Positions 43,731 through 57,357 are shown, counted from the first letter of the stretch. The stretch: 64,000 bases of DNA from Bugula neritina (GCA_964035545.1 OZ037767.1:13129801-13193800), one strand, 5' to 3'. Notes: generated from the sequence alone by a model not told the origin. Translations and numbers: made by a program.

Positions 43731-45549
43731 GCGTAATGTATCGTTTCCAGCACTCCGTCTCCTAAGTTGATAAGCTACAGACTGGTGACTACAACAGCAT
43801 TCCGATTTTAAAGCCAGTCAAGAGTGGTTAACTAAACGGTTTTGTTCAAATAACGTATATTTGATCATTGTTGCAAAAGTTCTATTAATAATGATAATTA
43901 TAATGTATACAATAATCTACCATTCGTATCCTACACAAATTTGCAAAACAATAGCTATAAGTATTAGTATAAGTCATAAGAATAAATTATAAATGACTAA
44001 TTAATAATAATATTATAAAGTTAAATATAAATATAAATATTATTTTATGAAGTTTGTAAGTTATCAAATTGAAATTAATTTTAAATGTATAAAAATAAAT
44101 CTAAACTATTATTTCATTAAAGTTGATATTGTATTTATTAAATATAAAAAGTCATACTCTCATACTCATAGTGATAATTGCTATAAGAATATTGTTTATA
44201 TTGTAATTGTTTCTAATAGTAGGTAATATTATTTTCCAATCACCGTCAATGTCAACTGCCAATAAAATTAAAAGAACTACGTCTACTACTAGTACTAGAA
44301 GTATAAAATTAAATAAAAATTGACTTTTAAACATGAAGCTATGACTGTGACATAATGATTATCATTATGATGATAAATTTATGTTTAGTGATAATCATCA
44401 TGATATTATTAGTAATGACAATGATGGTTATTAAAAGTAAATCTAGTCAGTATTCACTGTGACTGTGAGTCTATGACTGCCACTATGACTAAAAGTGAAT
44501 GACTAAATCTAGTACTTTAACTCATAGTTATAGTTATACTTATAGTAATACTAATAGTTATACTATAATAAAGAATATGGCAATCCTTAATTCTTTGCCT
44601 AGGCTTGTAGTTTATAAATTATATGCTTTATCAGTATCACTATCCGTTGGATATTTTTCTTTTAGTAAAAATATAAGCTATAATCATAATGATAGAAGCA
44701 TCATGGCCTCTTAGTTTTTAACTGGTGACAATTCAAATTGATGTATAATTGAGCATGTATAATTTTTTGGGCCCTAGTTTTGACTCAAATACTTATTTAT
44801 ACTTGTAGAATCAAAATGAGCCTGGCGGTCTGTGAATCTTATAATAATTACTATAGCTTTGCTATTAGTATTACTAATTCATTGAATCTAATTCCAACAG
44901 TTGAAATTTAGATTTATTAAGCTCTTTTAGCCTTAAGCTCTTTGTCTATGTTTAATTTTTTAATTCAAGTTTCAGCTTGAGTTTCGCCCTAATTTTCACT
45001 CGGAGTTTAATTTTAAATTTTACCTTCAGAGTTTACTGGAGGAGATCGATTGCTTTTCAGTCATTATGTTTAAGTTATTTTCATTTCTCCTGGGACAAAT
45101 TTATTAACTCGTAAGTAATATGAAAAAAATATATATTTATGAGCTTGAAGGGATAGTGATGCATCTAATTAATCTAGATATGAAGGCACAAAATATGCTA
45201 ATTATTTAGTCTGTTATTTGCAGTAAATAAATTCAAATGTGTGCTAAAGATTAAACTTGTATTTGCATTTTAGTATGGTCTATTTGTTTTTTATTGCATA
45301 TTACTAATAGTAGCTTGTGCCCTTCATCCTGATTTGGTAATGAGTTCATGTTATTACTACATTGTTATTTAAATCGGTAGCTTGGGAAAAATAATGGTAA
45401 ACTCAAAATTTATTATTGAATAAGTAAAAATAGACTGCTTATTTTACAATTTTAAATATTGATAGTATCAAATAACTATAAGCATAAATCGTGACACAAT
45501 TTTATATTGCTTAATGCAGTTTTTCTTAGTAGAAGACAACAACATAGTC

Positions 45550-48500
45550 ATGAGTGAAAACGCCAATCATTCGGACAGTGAGCTGCAGCTTTTCAACCAA
45601 GAATCATTTGGTGAAATATTAAAAGACTTAGAGCCTGATACTCGATGTCTCATCAATGCAGGTGTCGATACACTTACAAACAGGTATGTTTCATTTTGCT
45701 GAACTTAAGTTTTTCTGTTTTGTTAAAACGTTCTTCCTAATTCACTCTAATTCCAATATATAATTAACTAATTTTCTAGTGTGTAAAGCTGTAGTCAATC
45801 ATTTTTATTTAAAAAAACTTATTATAGTGCAACTAAGCCTGAAGCAGTTAAACTAAATGTATGTATGACTTTTGACTGAATTTTATTGTTGTATTGCTTT
45901 TTAATAAATTAAGCAGATCTTTTAAATATAGATTCATGTTTAATTTTGTTTGAGAATGTAACTTCCTACTTTAAACACTCAGCATTCTGGCAACTGAAAA
46001 GAAAGAGTTAACGAGTTTTAGATTTGTATATGTGGACATGGAGGCCTAAAAACGAGAATAATATATTAAATTGTTTTTTATTGGTATTTTTAGTTAATGT
46101 TACCAACAGTTGAATGTAAATTTACTATTTCAAACTGTCTTATTTCACATTCCATAAACTTTAAATAACATCATTCATTCGTGCAAACTGCAACCACAAA
46201 TTCAGCCTTACGAGCATCCATTTGCATAACACAAAGTAATCGAAACGCAGTGATAAACTTTAAACAACATCATTCTAAAACATGCTGCTGCCACATCTCA
46301 TATCTGCTGTAGTCACTCACTGATGCCACTGAGTGAAAGCTACTGTCACCGACAAGAACAGAACTTTCTCCCCACAACTGTCATAAAAGAATCAGCTGCT
46401 CCTGAATATAACTCGCTGCCGCGGCATCATCACCAAACATACCATTCTCTTATGGAGTTACCCAGGACTACTGCTATACGCAATGCACATTGTAGCAACC
46501 ACCTAGTGTCTTTGCCGCCCCTTGTCAGTCCACCTGAAACCCTCCTGGATCCACCCCTAGGAGACAAACAAAGTCCAGTAGTACAGAGGCAATGCCCAGA
46601 TGGGTAAGTAAAGCACTAATAGGTTTAGTTTTTGGGTTAGTTGTAACCTAGTTTGTTAATTTTATTTATTTATGAAAGAAGTTGGTAAGTTAAGTCGAGA
46701 TATTTCAGATTTTAACTGAATTATTTATTACCCAGGGTAGTTGAAGCTGCATGTCCTGCTATGTTCTACTTCCTTCCATAGTTGCAATGATGCTATGTCA
46801 TGCTATTTATAGCGCAGTTTGTCTTACTAATACTTCATATATACAAAAGCTATGTGTTTTACTGGAGATTTCTTCAACTAATTTGCATATATTACTTAAG
46901 ATTTAAATTGAATGAAGTGCCAATATAGTTATTTAATTAGTTGATGTTTGCAACACAATGCAAACAGGTAGACTACACAGACACACAAGCACGACATCCT
47001 GCTGTTGCAGTAAGCACTTTTCTAAAATCTCAGAGCTGGGGTGTTGTAATGCCAATCTTCAAATGTTTTGTCATCAATAAAATATCTATTGTGGCAAACA
47101 TTTGCTTTGAGCTTGGATTTATAATTAGGAGTTCCAGGTAGAATATTGAGGTGAAACAGCAATTAGGTTATGCACCGTGTTCAATTAAATCTAGCCAATT
47201 CCTTGTAACTACATATTAGGAAAATTTTCAGATACAGTTGTGACTTAACTTCACTGAATCCCTACTATCATAGGACTAGTGTATAGGTATGAGAAAGTAT
47301 ATACCATTAGCAACAACACCTAAAATATATATATATAGTGTATTAGTTACAAGAAATAGATTTTACTAAAGATCCAAAATGTACATAATTTTTTGTATGT
47401 GGGTTCCTTGCTGATTTTGAAATAAAGACTTAATAAATGGAATTGTCATAGCAGAGATATCTTAAACTTGATTTTTATTGGTGATGAAAGGGGCTGTCAT
47501 CATCATTTACGTTATTTCATCAGAAAACTATAATTCTTCATTCAAGTGGCTTTTAAAAGTTGACCTGGTATAATTTAACCAGTTATAATAAAATATTGCA
47601 AACAATGTATATGCCATTATTACATCTGAATAAAAATAAAATAAAAAACACCAGCACTAAAACAGAAAGCATCAGTAGCCATCAAGTCCAGCTATTTTTG
47701 TTATCATTGTTCACCCAGTGTTCCTTAACTGTAATTTTTATTAAATTTTTTCACTACTGCACCTAAATAATCTAGGAGCCGTGTGACACTTTGTAGAAAA
47801 ACAGTTCAGTGTAACTAGAATAATAAATCACTTGACCAGACATTGGTTTAATGTCATGGCTAGAGTGTTGCGGCACTCAACAGAGGCAACCTAGTGCAGT
47901 AGGACAATCTAATTATAATTATTATAGTAATAAAGACAGAAATATTCAACCACAATCCAGGTGTCTTGTAACCGCAAACTTCAGAGGTAATATTTTACTG
48001 TTTATTATGGAAAATGGAAAGTTTGTGTTGCATCATGATTGCAAATATTTATTTTACTCTATTGCATCTTAATTTTCCCAAATGTATGGGCCCATGTTCC
48101 AGACATTTTGTTTAATTATCGTCTGCACTGCACAGAGTTAGATGTGATGTTTTTGAAGCCTACATGATTGTCACAGTTGTCTCTTTATTCAATTCTGTAT
48201 TTTTAGGTTATTTGAGGGAGAATTAAAGTTTAAGATAGATATATTAAATAATGAGAAAATGACTAAAAACATACCCTGGGTGGTGAGTTGTACTAGTATA
48301 GTAGAACTGTGTAATTATCTATGGTGATATGTAGTCTAGATATTAGTCTATCTTTTATACTGGTAGACTACAGGCTGCAATCTTAAAGAATTATATGTAG
48401 TACATATTTCTTTATGAAAATTGGTAATTTTTAAAGCAAAATTATATGCAAACTTTAGAAAATTTTAAATTGTTCTACTTCCAAAGACAAAATTTATGTT

Positions 48501-51500
48501 ATTTAGAAAAGTAATAGTCCATCATTTAAAGCTTTTTGGGGCAAAAATTTTTTAAATTACCTTAAATTTTAAATAAGTTACCTTAAAATCACAATGATTC
48601 AACTTTAATGTAAATAGATGTAACATTACATTCCATACAACTTTTTTTCAAATAGGTTATTTTACTTTATTTATTCAATAATAAATTTAGATCAAATTTA
48701 AAATTAGTTAGAAATTAATGAAAATATACCTTTATATGCTGAGTTCAGTTATGTACAGGAAACAAAGTTGACAGTTGGTCATGTCATTGTCATGTAAATG
48801 CAAAAATTGAAATAAGAATTACAAAATGTCTAAATTTTCAGCTTTATTTGTCAACAACTTGTTTAATTTCTTTAGACGAAAAGCAACAAAATATATTAGC
48901 AGCTATAATTTGATAAAATAAGCAATGATCAAAATGTTCAGTGTGTACTAAATAAAGTGAAGTGACTCAACTATATTTGTATTGAGCTGTTACTTGCTAT
49001 AATTGTTGGAGAAGCATTTTTTCTAAATTCTCGAAGAAATCAGTATTTTACTCCTCTATGCATAATAGGACATGGATTAATTACTGTTATATTATTTGTA
49101 GTACTCTAGCATGTTGAACAGGCTGTACATACAAAGGGGGGTGCAGTGTGTTTTCAGATTCAAAATCACACACTTGCCTGAACCTCTGTCTGTTAGAGCT
49201 GTTCCAATGTTCCTGGACCATCACTCTAGGGCTAACCCAGTCACAACATGCCATGTGCACCGTGATACATCTACAGAGCATGAACGTTAGTATTTTCAAG
49301 ATGAATGTGTTTAAGTTTGTCTTCTCCCCCCCCCCCCATCTATAAAGTGTGGTTACTAATTTTATGTGATCAAGAATAAAATTGCAGTGTAGAATAAACT
49401 TGTTTGTTGGGTATGACATTGTGATCTACACAAATGTGATAGGTGCTGTTGTTAGTTGCCTACCAGGATGAGTTGCTGCTGACATATTATGTAATATCAA
49501 GCAGGTGTTACCTGGTCAAATCTGGGATAGGTGCAGAAATTGAAAAAACCCCATCTTCTAGATTGGAAATGTAGCAAAAGCTATGTTTTAGCGAAATTTC
49601 AACCAGCGTCTCAAACCAAAGCATTTAGGCTAATAAGATTTTTCTGCTTTTACACTTGAATGTAAAATCTGACCTTTAAATGTTACCTTGCGACAATTGC
49701 AGCTCCCATAGTTTTGGTTGCTGCTTCCTAAATTACAGTTCATTGCATCGCTCTCTCACGTCAAATATACGTTTTGTATCAGTTTTGTATCAGCGTACAC
49801 CATTACTTCGTGTCTTCTACAGATAACGGTACGTCGTGGGTGCAAGTCGCCAAGGACACTACAGGTGCAATGACTGTACAGGATCTCTCTGGACACTTTA
49901 CCATTAGAGTACCCTGGTTTGTGTCAGACACGACTCTAGACATCATGTATAGCTTTAACTGCCGCAACACGTGTATTGGAGGACCCAACAGAAGGAAAAC
50001 GGCCCTTGCCTTTACTCTAGAGAAGTACGTGTGTCTTGTGTGCAACTGAGGTCATGACAAGCTATAATAAAACATGGAAGAGTATTTTTAGCCGTTTGAT
50101 TCAACTGAAATAAGTATCGATTTTAGTCCTTTTGAACTGTTTACAATTCCATGTACACCAATGAGCCTAGCTTTTTGCCTCTTTTTTACATCTATCAATT
50201 TTTGTTTGGGTCACGGGTTGAAATTCTTGAGAAAATATAACTTCTTTTACTACATTCAATTTCTCCATTACTGCACCTACCTCTTATTATGTTTGCAATT
50301 ACTACCTGACCACCGAGGTTGATGGTGCTTATTGGTTTTACTTTCTATTTCAGTGCTAGTGGTAAAATTTTAGCCAAGCAGATGGTAGAGGTGAAGGTAA
50401 TTGCCTCCCCGGGCAGAGATAAACAGAAAGACGAGCTGCGACACAATGCCGTAAGTTTTAGTTGCCATGGTTACCGGTTGACTTGAGCCTTCACAATGAG
50501 GTTTAAATATCTGCTGGTGGAAACATCTGATGCCTTCAGTTTTCTGATGGCAGTAAACTCATGGACACACATCTTTGTAATGATGTTTTATTTACCAATA
50601 AGTTTGAAGATTTTCTGTGTTATAACGTAATATATGCAGCCGTCTTGATGTTGAATTGAAGAGTTGAATGGGGCAATAACCTGAAGGTTAGTAACGTTAG
50701 TAGCGCAGTTTCTCTTGTCTGGTTTCTCATCAATGCTGTGGTATACAGATATTTTGTGTGCAATCAGTGTTTGCATCTTCTAGAACAATCAAACAGAAGG
50801 AAACACTACCGTACCTCAAAAACGGAATTTAAGCAATGAAAAGCGAGTAACATTCGCTAGCCCGAAGAAACTGTACAAGCACTATATTGGGGTAAGTTTC
50901 ACTCTTGTTAACACTTGTCTCTCTATCCTACGAGGAGAACCTCCAGGCTCTTTAAATATGGCTAAGAAAGGTAGTACAGGGAGCAGCTGTGGTCTAGGGG
51001 TTAGAGCGTTTGCTTAGTACAAATGAAGTCATGGGTTCAAGCCTGGACAAAGGCTATTGGTGATGTGTTGTTAGGAAGAGCATCCAGTCATAATTGCTCC
51101 TATGCCACATATAAGGAAGTCCTTAGCCAGATTAAATAAAAAATCTTTTCCATCAAGGGGTTCTCACAAAGATGGCGACTATAAACTTACGTGAGTGATA
51201 AAAGGTGGTTCAGGATGTTCTTACTCTCAACTGTACCTGTAGCTGTTGTAGGCAAATCTTTCTGTGTCTCTTGTAGATGGATAACGAAAGAACTTACGAA
51301 ATCCTTCTGCCTCTAAGAGACTCGCTAGATTTTGTCCACCTACACTCACCAACCAGTATAAAGAACTACCACACTGACAAACCGCCCCTTAAGTCAGCCC
51401 TTGTTGTCAGGTGAGCCTAATTTTTTTAAAAATTTTACACAATATCCGTTTGCCATGTCTATAGTTTTATTTATGAATCCCAACTATTTTTAAAACTTTT

Positions 51501-53630
51501 AATCATAAACTGAAATTATTAGATATGATATTTTAGGAGTTTTACATGAACTTTATTCAAATAAAAAAACACCACTTTTAGATGCATGTGTATATATATT
51601 ACAAAGAATACAGATTATTTGCGGTACAAAACATTTATCTGTACTCTTCTTTTCAATCATACATCAAATCACACTCTGTCGTATCTTTATGAGCTGTTAT
51701 CTCTCTACCAGGGGTCAAGGTAAAAGCGCATTGTCAGTAGACACACTTGACCAATCAGGGAGAGAGACTATCTTGAGTCCCATCAGACACCCTGATAGCA
51801 CAAAAGAAGAGCTACCTTGTGATATGCCTAAATTTGGCGGGACGGGTATTTTCGAGTGAGTATCATGATAGTGTAACTGTACTAACATGACATGACACAT
51901 GAAAAATTAGTATAAACTTTTAATACAGCAACTTCATTAGCTGGTTTCTTAGTAGTTCGCTTACAAATAGTTAAATCTAACTAATGTATTTCAACCTTAA
52001 ATTTTACATAATACTTTTATAGAAATAAACTATATAATAGTTTTAATGATGCAGTTTTCTGCCAAATAAAATATTAATAGCTAGTGGTGTTGCGTTCTTT
52101 CGTTATTTGTTTTGTTTACACGTAAAAATTTTTGAAGAATTTTACTAATACCTTGTTAGTTTGCAGCAAAATTATCTTACACTGCCTAATTTAGACACAC
52201 CATAGATGGAACTGTTAACTGCTTGTGCTGCAATTCTATCATTTTCCTTTATTTATGTTTCATTGGTCGTTTTCCCCACATCTGAACTGGGCTTTGAGTT
52301 TATAAGACAAGCTAGTCACATGTGGAGAAACTTTCTGACTGATTTATGGACAATAATTTGTGATTTTATAAACTTCTGAAAGCAGAAACTAATTACTTGT
52401 TGCTGCATATGGGAGTTGTGCCCTTTTTGTATAAAGTTTCAGAATATTACCATTGGTGTGCAACGTTATAGTTTTTGTTCAATTATATACAAAATTATGT
52501 ATTTAGCAATTGTTTATAATACTCTGAATTGACCATTTCTATGTTCTAAATATACGTAGGTGGCTAGCTACATTCAATTGTGAGGCATATGCGGACACAT
52601 TTATGGAAGCAGGGTACACAACACTCGATGATATACGAGAATTTACTATGAAGGTAACCTATTAGTTATTCTGCAAATATGTTATTCACTGGTTTTTACC
52701 CGTGACATTCTCTGTTCTAATTTCACCAGTTGGGTTAAAGTTCAATCTTATTACGAGTCAGTCCATCCGCTTAATTCCCACCTTTAAGAGTTTAATAATT
52801 GGGCTGCCCATGAAAACTTGCCTCCTTGTTGCTGAGGGATAAATACCCCGCTACTTGCGAGTCAAACTAATTGCTTCTAGTGCTACCGGTGCTTGTTTTG
52901 ATTGCAATTGATCATATATTCTGCTGCCAGCAGACAAATGTTATCTATGAATATTATATTGTATAACCTTGACATTGTAGAAATGTTAGCTATGTGTTAT
53001 ATGCAACCGATTTTTATATCCTGTTTTGTTTACTTAAGAGCAGACAACCATAAAATATCGAAATGATTACACTGAGCATGGTTCTTTAGCTAAACTGGCT
53101 GTGGTTAAACTGGAAACCATACATGGGAATCCAGCGATTGTAAGACGCTGATTTAGCTGCAGTTTTTTCTTAACTTTTTTCCTTGACAAGCACCGCCGTG
53201 CACAACTGTGGTGCTTGTCAGTTGTGCTTGTCAATGATCAATCAGGAGCTGCTGGCGGTAGCTATTGAAACTACAATTTATATTTTATTTATATTCTTTT
53301 ATTGCTTTGATATCTTTTTTTATTCCTGCGGGCTTTCGCATCTTTTTAACTTAGTATAACTTAAAATCTCTGCTCTACAGTGAGAGTCTATTGCTTGTAT
53401 ATCATCATCTCAAGGTGCAATGACACGACGTAGCGTACCTGTTTCAGGATATAGACAAGCTGCGCATAGCATCCCGAGATGGCCGACTTATACTTAATAA
53501 GCTGGCGGCACAATCCCACCTGGAACAACTTTCTCAACCCAGCAGCCAGGGCGAGGCTATAGGACTGTTAGATTTCAGGTCTAACGTAAAATTAGCGGAA
53601 CTACGACAGCATTCCTCTTCAGAAGACTAG
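45550..53630 (+). CDS. Divergent p53/p63/p73-family transcription factor (TAD-DBD-oligomerisation-SAM), about 548 aa
   Basis: Exons 45550-45683, 46313-46603, 48207-48282, 49102-49285, 49823-50024, 50354-50450, 50784-50891, 51277-51410, 51712-51855, 52560-52653, 53448-53630, totalling 1647 nt in frame. TAD-like FNQESFGEILKDL. DBD TKNIPWVYSSMLNRLY...VRAVPMF...VTTCHVH...YSFNCRNTCIGGPNRRK...TLE...EVKVIASPGRDK. OD RTYEILLPLRDSLDF. SAM IFEWLATFNCEAYADTFMEAGYTTLDDI...DIDKLRI. Confidence 0.9.
50461..50474. promoter_or_regulatory. RFX X-box-like palindrome in an intron of the p53-family gene
   Basis: GTTGCCATGGTTAC, close to the palindromic X-box GTTGCCATGGCAAC. Confidence 0.5.
50979..51197 (+). mobile_element. 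tRNA-derived SINE, copy 6 (p53-family intron)
   Basis: GGGAGCAGCTGTGGTCTAGGGGTTAGAGCG...GGGTTCAAGCC head, with a degenerate flanking direct repeat aaaggtagtacagg / aaaggtggttcagg. Confidence 0.88.
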
Positions 53631-54495
53631 TGATTCTGTTTCAAATCGTATGCAGTATTTTAATAGCAATGGCCAGTGTATGTGTAAGTCTTACTACATA
53701 TAGTGCGAATTGTTACTCAAATCATAATCAGAGATATATATTCTATTTAGACATTTTACTTCAGTTTTATGCTGGCATATCAAATATGTACATTAGAACA
53801 AAACCTTTGTGTAGAATATATCAAGTCTGCGCCATTTATAGTAGTTTAATTTTTCGCCACTTTTCAGTTTTTGTTTTGTGCACATTCTGCAGAAAGCAGA
53901 TTCATCAGAAATATAGTTTATTGCGGTTTATTTTAGACAGTATGTATTATACAGATGTGTATTAAAATTATGCTAATCTGGGCATATCATGCATGACATA
54001 GATTTGCACTATATTGGAACTTATATAATAAATGTTAAAATAATACCAGGTTTTTTTTGTATAATTGTAGGCAACTTTTTAATTTTTGAAAAAATGATGA
54101 ACAACTTCCATGTTATGCTTCAATGACATATTTTATTAATAATTTGTAATTGAACAGCATTTTACGAGGTAATTGAAGAACATGAACAAAAATATATTCC
54201 TTTAACTTGGAGTAGTTGATGTGAGAAATTCCAGTAGACAGCTTTTTTATTATGACTATTTCTAATTCAGCAGCAGCAACGGTTTTATATACAAGCTAAA
54301 TACTCAACTAGTTGTGAACAAATTACCGAAAATTAATTAAACCCAACACTTGATATATTTTTCTATGTACCACCCACACACGTGTTGCATGTATAGCCAT
54401 CAAACTCCAACACTTTCTCTTTTGAATTTGACTCAAAATATTCATAAAATAAGTTAATGGAATGGCAATAACAAAGCTAGGCAATACAGAAAGGT

Positions 54496-56415
54496 TTACG
54501 TTGCACCTCTGTTCTTTTTGTCAGAGAAAAACTGTCGTACTGTAAACACTTGCACGAAAGCAGTGAATAATATGAACGCAAATTCTATACCACTTCTATA
54601 TAAAACGGCCTCGTTAAGGTTTTCGGCAAAGGTACGGCCCTGCGTCTCACGGAGTCTGTGGTGAGTCTGGTAGTCTGCAATCTTATTTAATGACTCGTGT
54701 ACACTCACAGCGGCTGATTCCATCTAAAAACAACCAATAAATTCATTCAACCTACTGTATATTGTTGCAAAGTATTACCACTCAAACTAAATTTAATGTA
54801 AAAACATAAATTAAATTAGGTCATTCTGTGTAAAGAATGATATCACCCCGCATGATATATATGCATATTTGTTTTTATTTGAATAATTTATAGAGGTTGG
54901 GAATTTTAGACAGCATGCCATTCAATTAAAGCCTCTTATTAAATGAAATTTGCTATATTATACATCTCCACTTTATATATACACTTGGGAAAACAAATGA
55001 AAATTCTTAAAAATATACAGTTTTCTTTGTAATCAGAGTGGTTACAGCTCTCATTGATCACCACATCTTAGGAGGCCAGCTTTTAATAGTTTTCAACATA
55101 TTTCAACAGAATCAGTGTTGTGAGAGTACAAATAGTTTCCAGCAATATAACAGCAACAGTGTTGTCAACGTACACGTGTTCAAGTCATATCAGTGTTGTC
55201 AGAGTACACATGCTCAAGTCATTCAAGGCTCACCATTGTCATAGTGTGCGCGTGCTCCATTCCAGGCTTGAGGGGCTTTTCCTCTCCAACTTCAAAGTCA
55301 AAATATATGACTTTATGTGTGAATGTTGAGAATTCATTGCTGAAGCAAAACTCATAAGTTCCAGCCACTAACGTAGTCCAGGCGAAGGAATCGTACTGCT
55401 TCTTAATATCTTTGTAAAGAGATTTACCATCTGGTGCTTTTATTTCCAGGTCACAGTCATAATTCCCACCTTCTATTACCTGTTAATCGAATACTCCATA
55501 GGTTTATGAGGAATAATTAAAATTCGTTGAAATCAATTATTGACACCACCAAACCCTAACACTAGCAATCTAACAAGTCATGCAAGAATTTTTTTCTTGG
55601 TACGTCAAGGTAAATATTAACACGTACAATTACGAAATTGGCACTGTAAAGGAACCAACAGTTGTCGTAGAAGTATAAGTGGCCCGAAGTGGTGGCAGTA
55701 ACGAACAAAGGCAGCGTACTTTTATAATCCTAATAATATCAGTAGACTAATACTAATACTATACTGTAGGAACACTAATACTCAATATCACCTGCTAGGT
55801 AACACTAATTAGTAATTACATTTACTGACCGTCATTACTACACTAACAGTGTTACTAGTCGTGACACTGAATCTGGTAGTTTATAATTATAGGGGTAGAG
55901 CAGAGCAACTAACGTGGATTGTTCGTGATTTGACATTTAAAATCATTACAGCCGTAAGTTTAATTAAAACACAAAGAACACAGAAACAAACCTAATTAAT
56001 AAATTCAGTTTTAATTTATAATCCTAATAGTAACCATAATTTAAATAATAATGAAGTCATATCACAACAATGAATAATGATTAATGAAACAAAATCTGAA
56101 CACAGAACAGTGTTCAACCTAAAACTAAAAGTGAATTTTAAATTCATCAACACTGTAAACATAATCATCAATGAAACAATAGGTAACTGAAAAACCTATT
56201 ATGAATGCCAAGTGACGTTAACTCAGACTGAGAGTCCCAAAGAGTGTGAGACTTGCCTGAAATTCTAAGTTCGTCTTCACTCCTTTCTCAATCTCCTCGT
56301 AAAAACACATTTTGTCATTATCTGGCAATTCGAACGTTAGCTGCCCTCCGCTTACAAATAATGGAAGACATAAAAGTATTGCCAGCATATTTTTTAGCAA
56401 CATGATAATACTCAT
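54496..56415 (-). CDS. TMED7: p24 gamma-subfamily cargo receptor (TMED7/TMED3-like), about 210 aa
   Basis: Exons (minus) 56415-56257 (GC donor), 55479-55234, 54723-54496. Signal peptide, then [15 protein letters not shown]...LEFQ|[10 protein letters not shown]...KKQYDSF...[47 protein letters not shown] and a QFF tail. TMED3 and TMED7 cannot be separated from sequence alone. Confidence 0.93.
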
Positions 56416-56521
56416 ATGCTAATAGTAATATAGCATCATAAGATTATACTTTGATATTACTAAAACTACCGGTGTCAGTACTACTAAATCTAATTGTTAG
56501 TAGCCTCCAACATCATCATAA

Positions 56522-56529
56522 CCGGAAGT
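56522..56529. promoter_or_regulatory. ETS/GABP-type motif upstream of the TMED start
   Basis: CCGGAAGT about 105 bp upstream of the ATG at 56415. Confidence 0.35.
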
Positions 56530-57357
56530 ATAAACAAACTCTACTTTAAAGCATTTGACACAATGAAGTGAGCAACGTATTTCAATTATTTTCTTTTAAA
56601 TGTTTAAGAACACTGGTTGTACAATTTTATTTTATTTAACAGCACATATTTTTTTAACAGTATTATTTTAAAAAATTTTGTTGAAACAATAATCGTTTGG
56701 TTACAGCTTTCAAAGGAGACAACTCCTAACATTTATATTATTTTAGTAAATCCAATAATCTATAACTCACTTTCCAAAAAATATCTGAAGTTTGAAGTTG
56801 CAAGCCTAATAAATATCATTAAATTGCTGTGGTGTTCATTTGCACCCATTGAGCATTTTGCTTTGTAAAACGGAAGACAGCCTTGTTGAAATTAATGGTA
56901 AAAGAATTTTTCATAGAAAATGTGCATTGGCATTACGATAACTAGGTAGAGATGCATCTTTCACATGAAATGCAACTAAATGCTAAATAGACACGACAAC
57001 TAATGATATTCAAATTTAAACCAACGTAAAGCAAAGATACCATTTAGCAATTATACGTTAGATTATAGCATGAACTTTAGAGAAAAATGGATAAAACTTA
57101 ACCCTGCATGTACGTGTGTTTCTGTTTTCATACCATAGAAAAATCACACAGAAACTATATTAATAAATATATAAAATGTAATTATTACATCATAGAGATA
57201 AAAATAATTTTCATATAATAAATATACAATGAGTATATATGCTTGATTTAATACTTAAAAATTCTCATATACAGTAAAAATATGTAGAGTTACATTCAGA
57301 TGTAGATAATTACGAGATTTGCAATATATTGGAGTTGCTTGCTCCGTATATCTTTGG

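Noticed and set aside
46941-48072. Possible alternative first exons (deltaN isoform) in the long p53-family intron (ORFs 46941, 47851)
   Set aside because: The strong donors are in the wrong phase for the 48207 acceptor and the only in-phase donor (AG|gtgtct) is weak. Not supportable without transcripts.
53184-53232. Hairpin tgacaagcacc...ggtgcttgtca in the last p53-family intron; also a 12-bp-arm palindrome at 12795-12820
   Set aside because: Too short for a miRNA or snoRNA call and no box motifs; probably repeat remnants.
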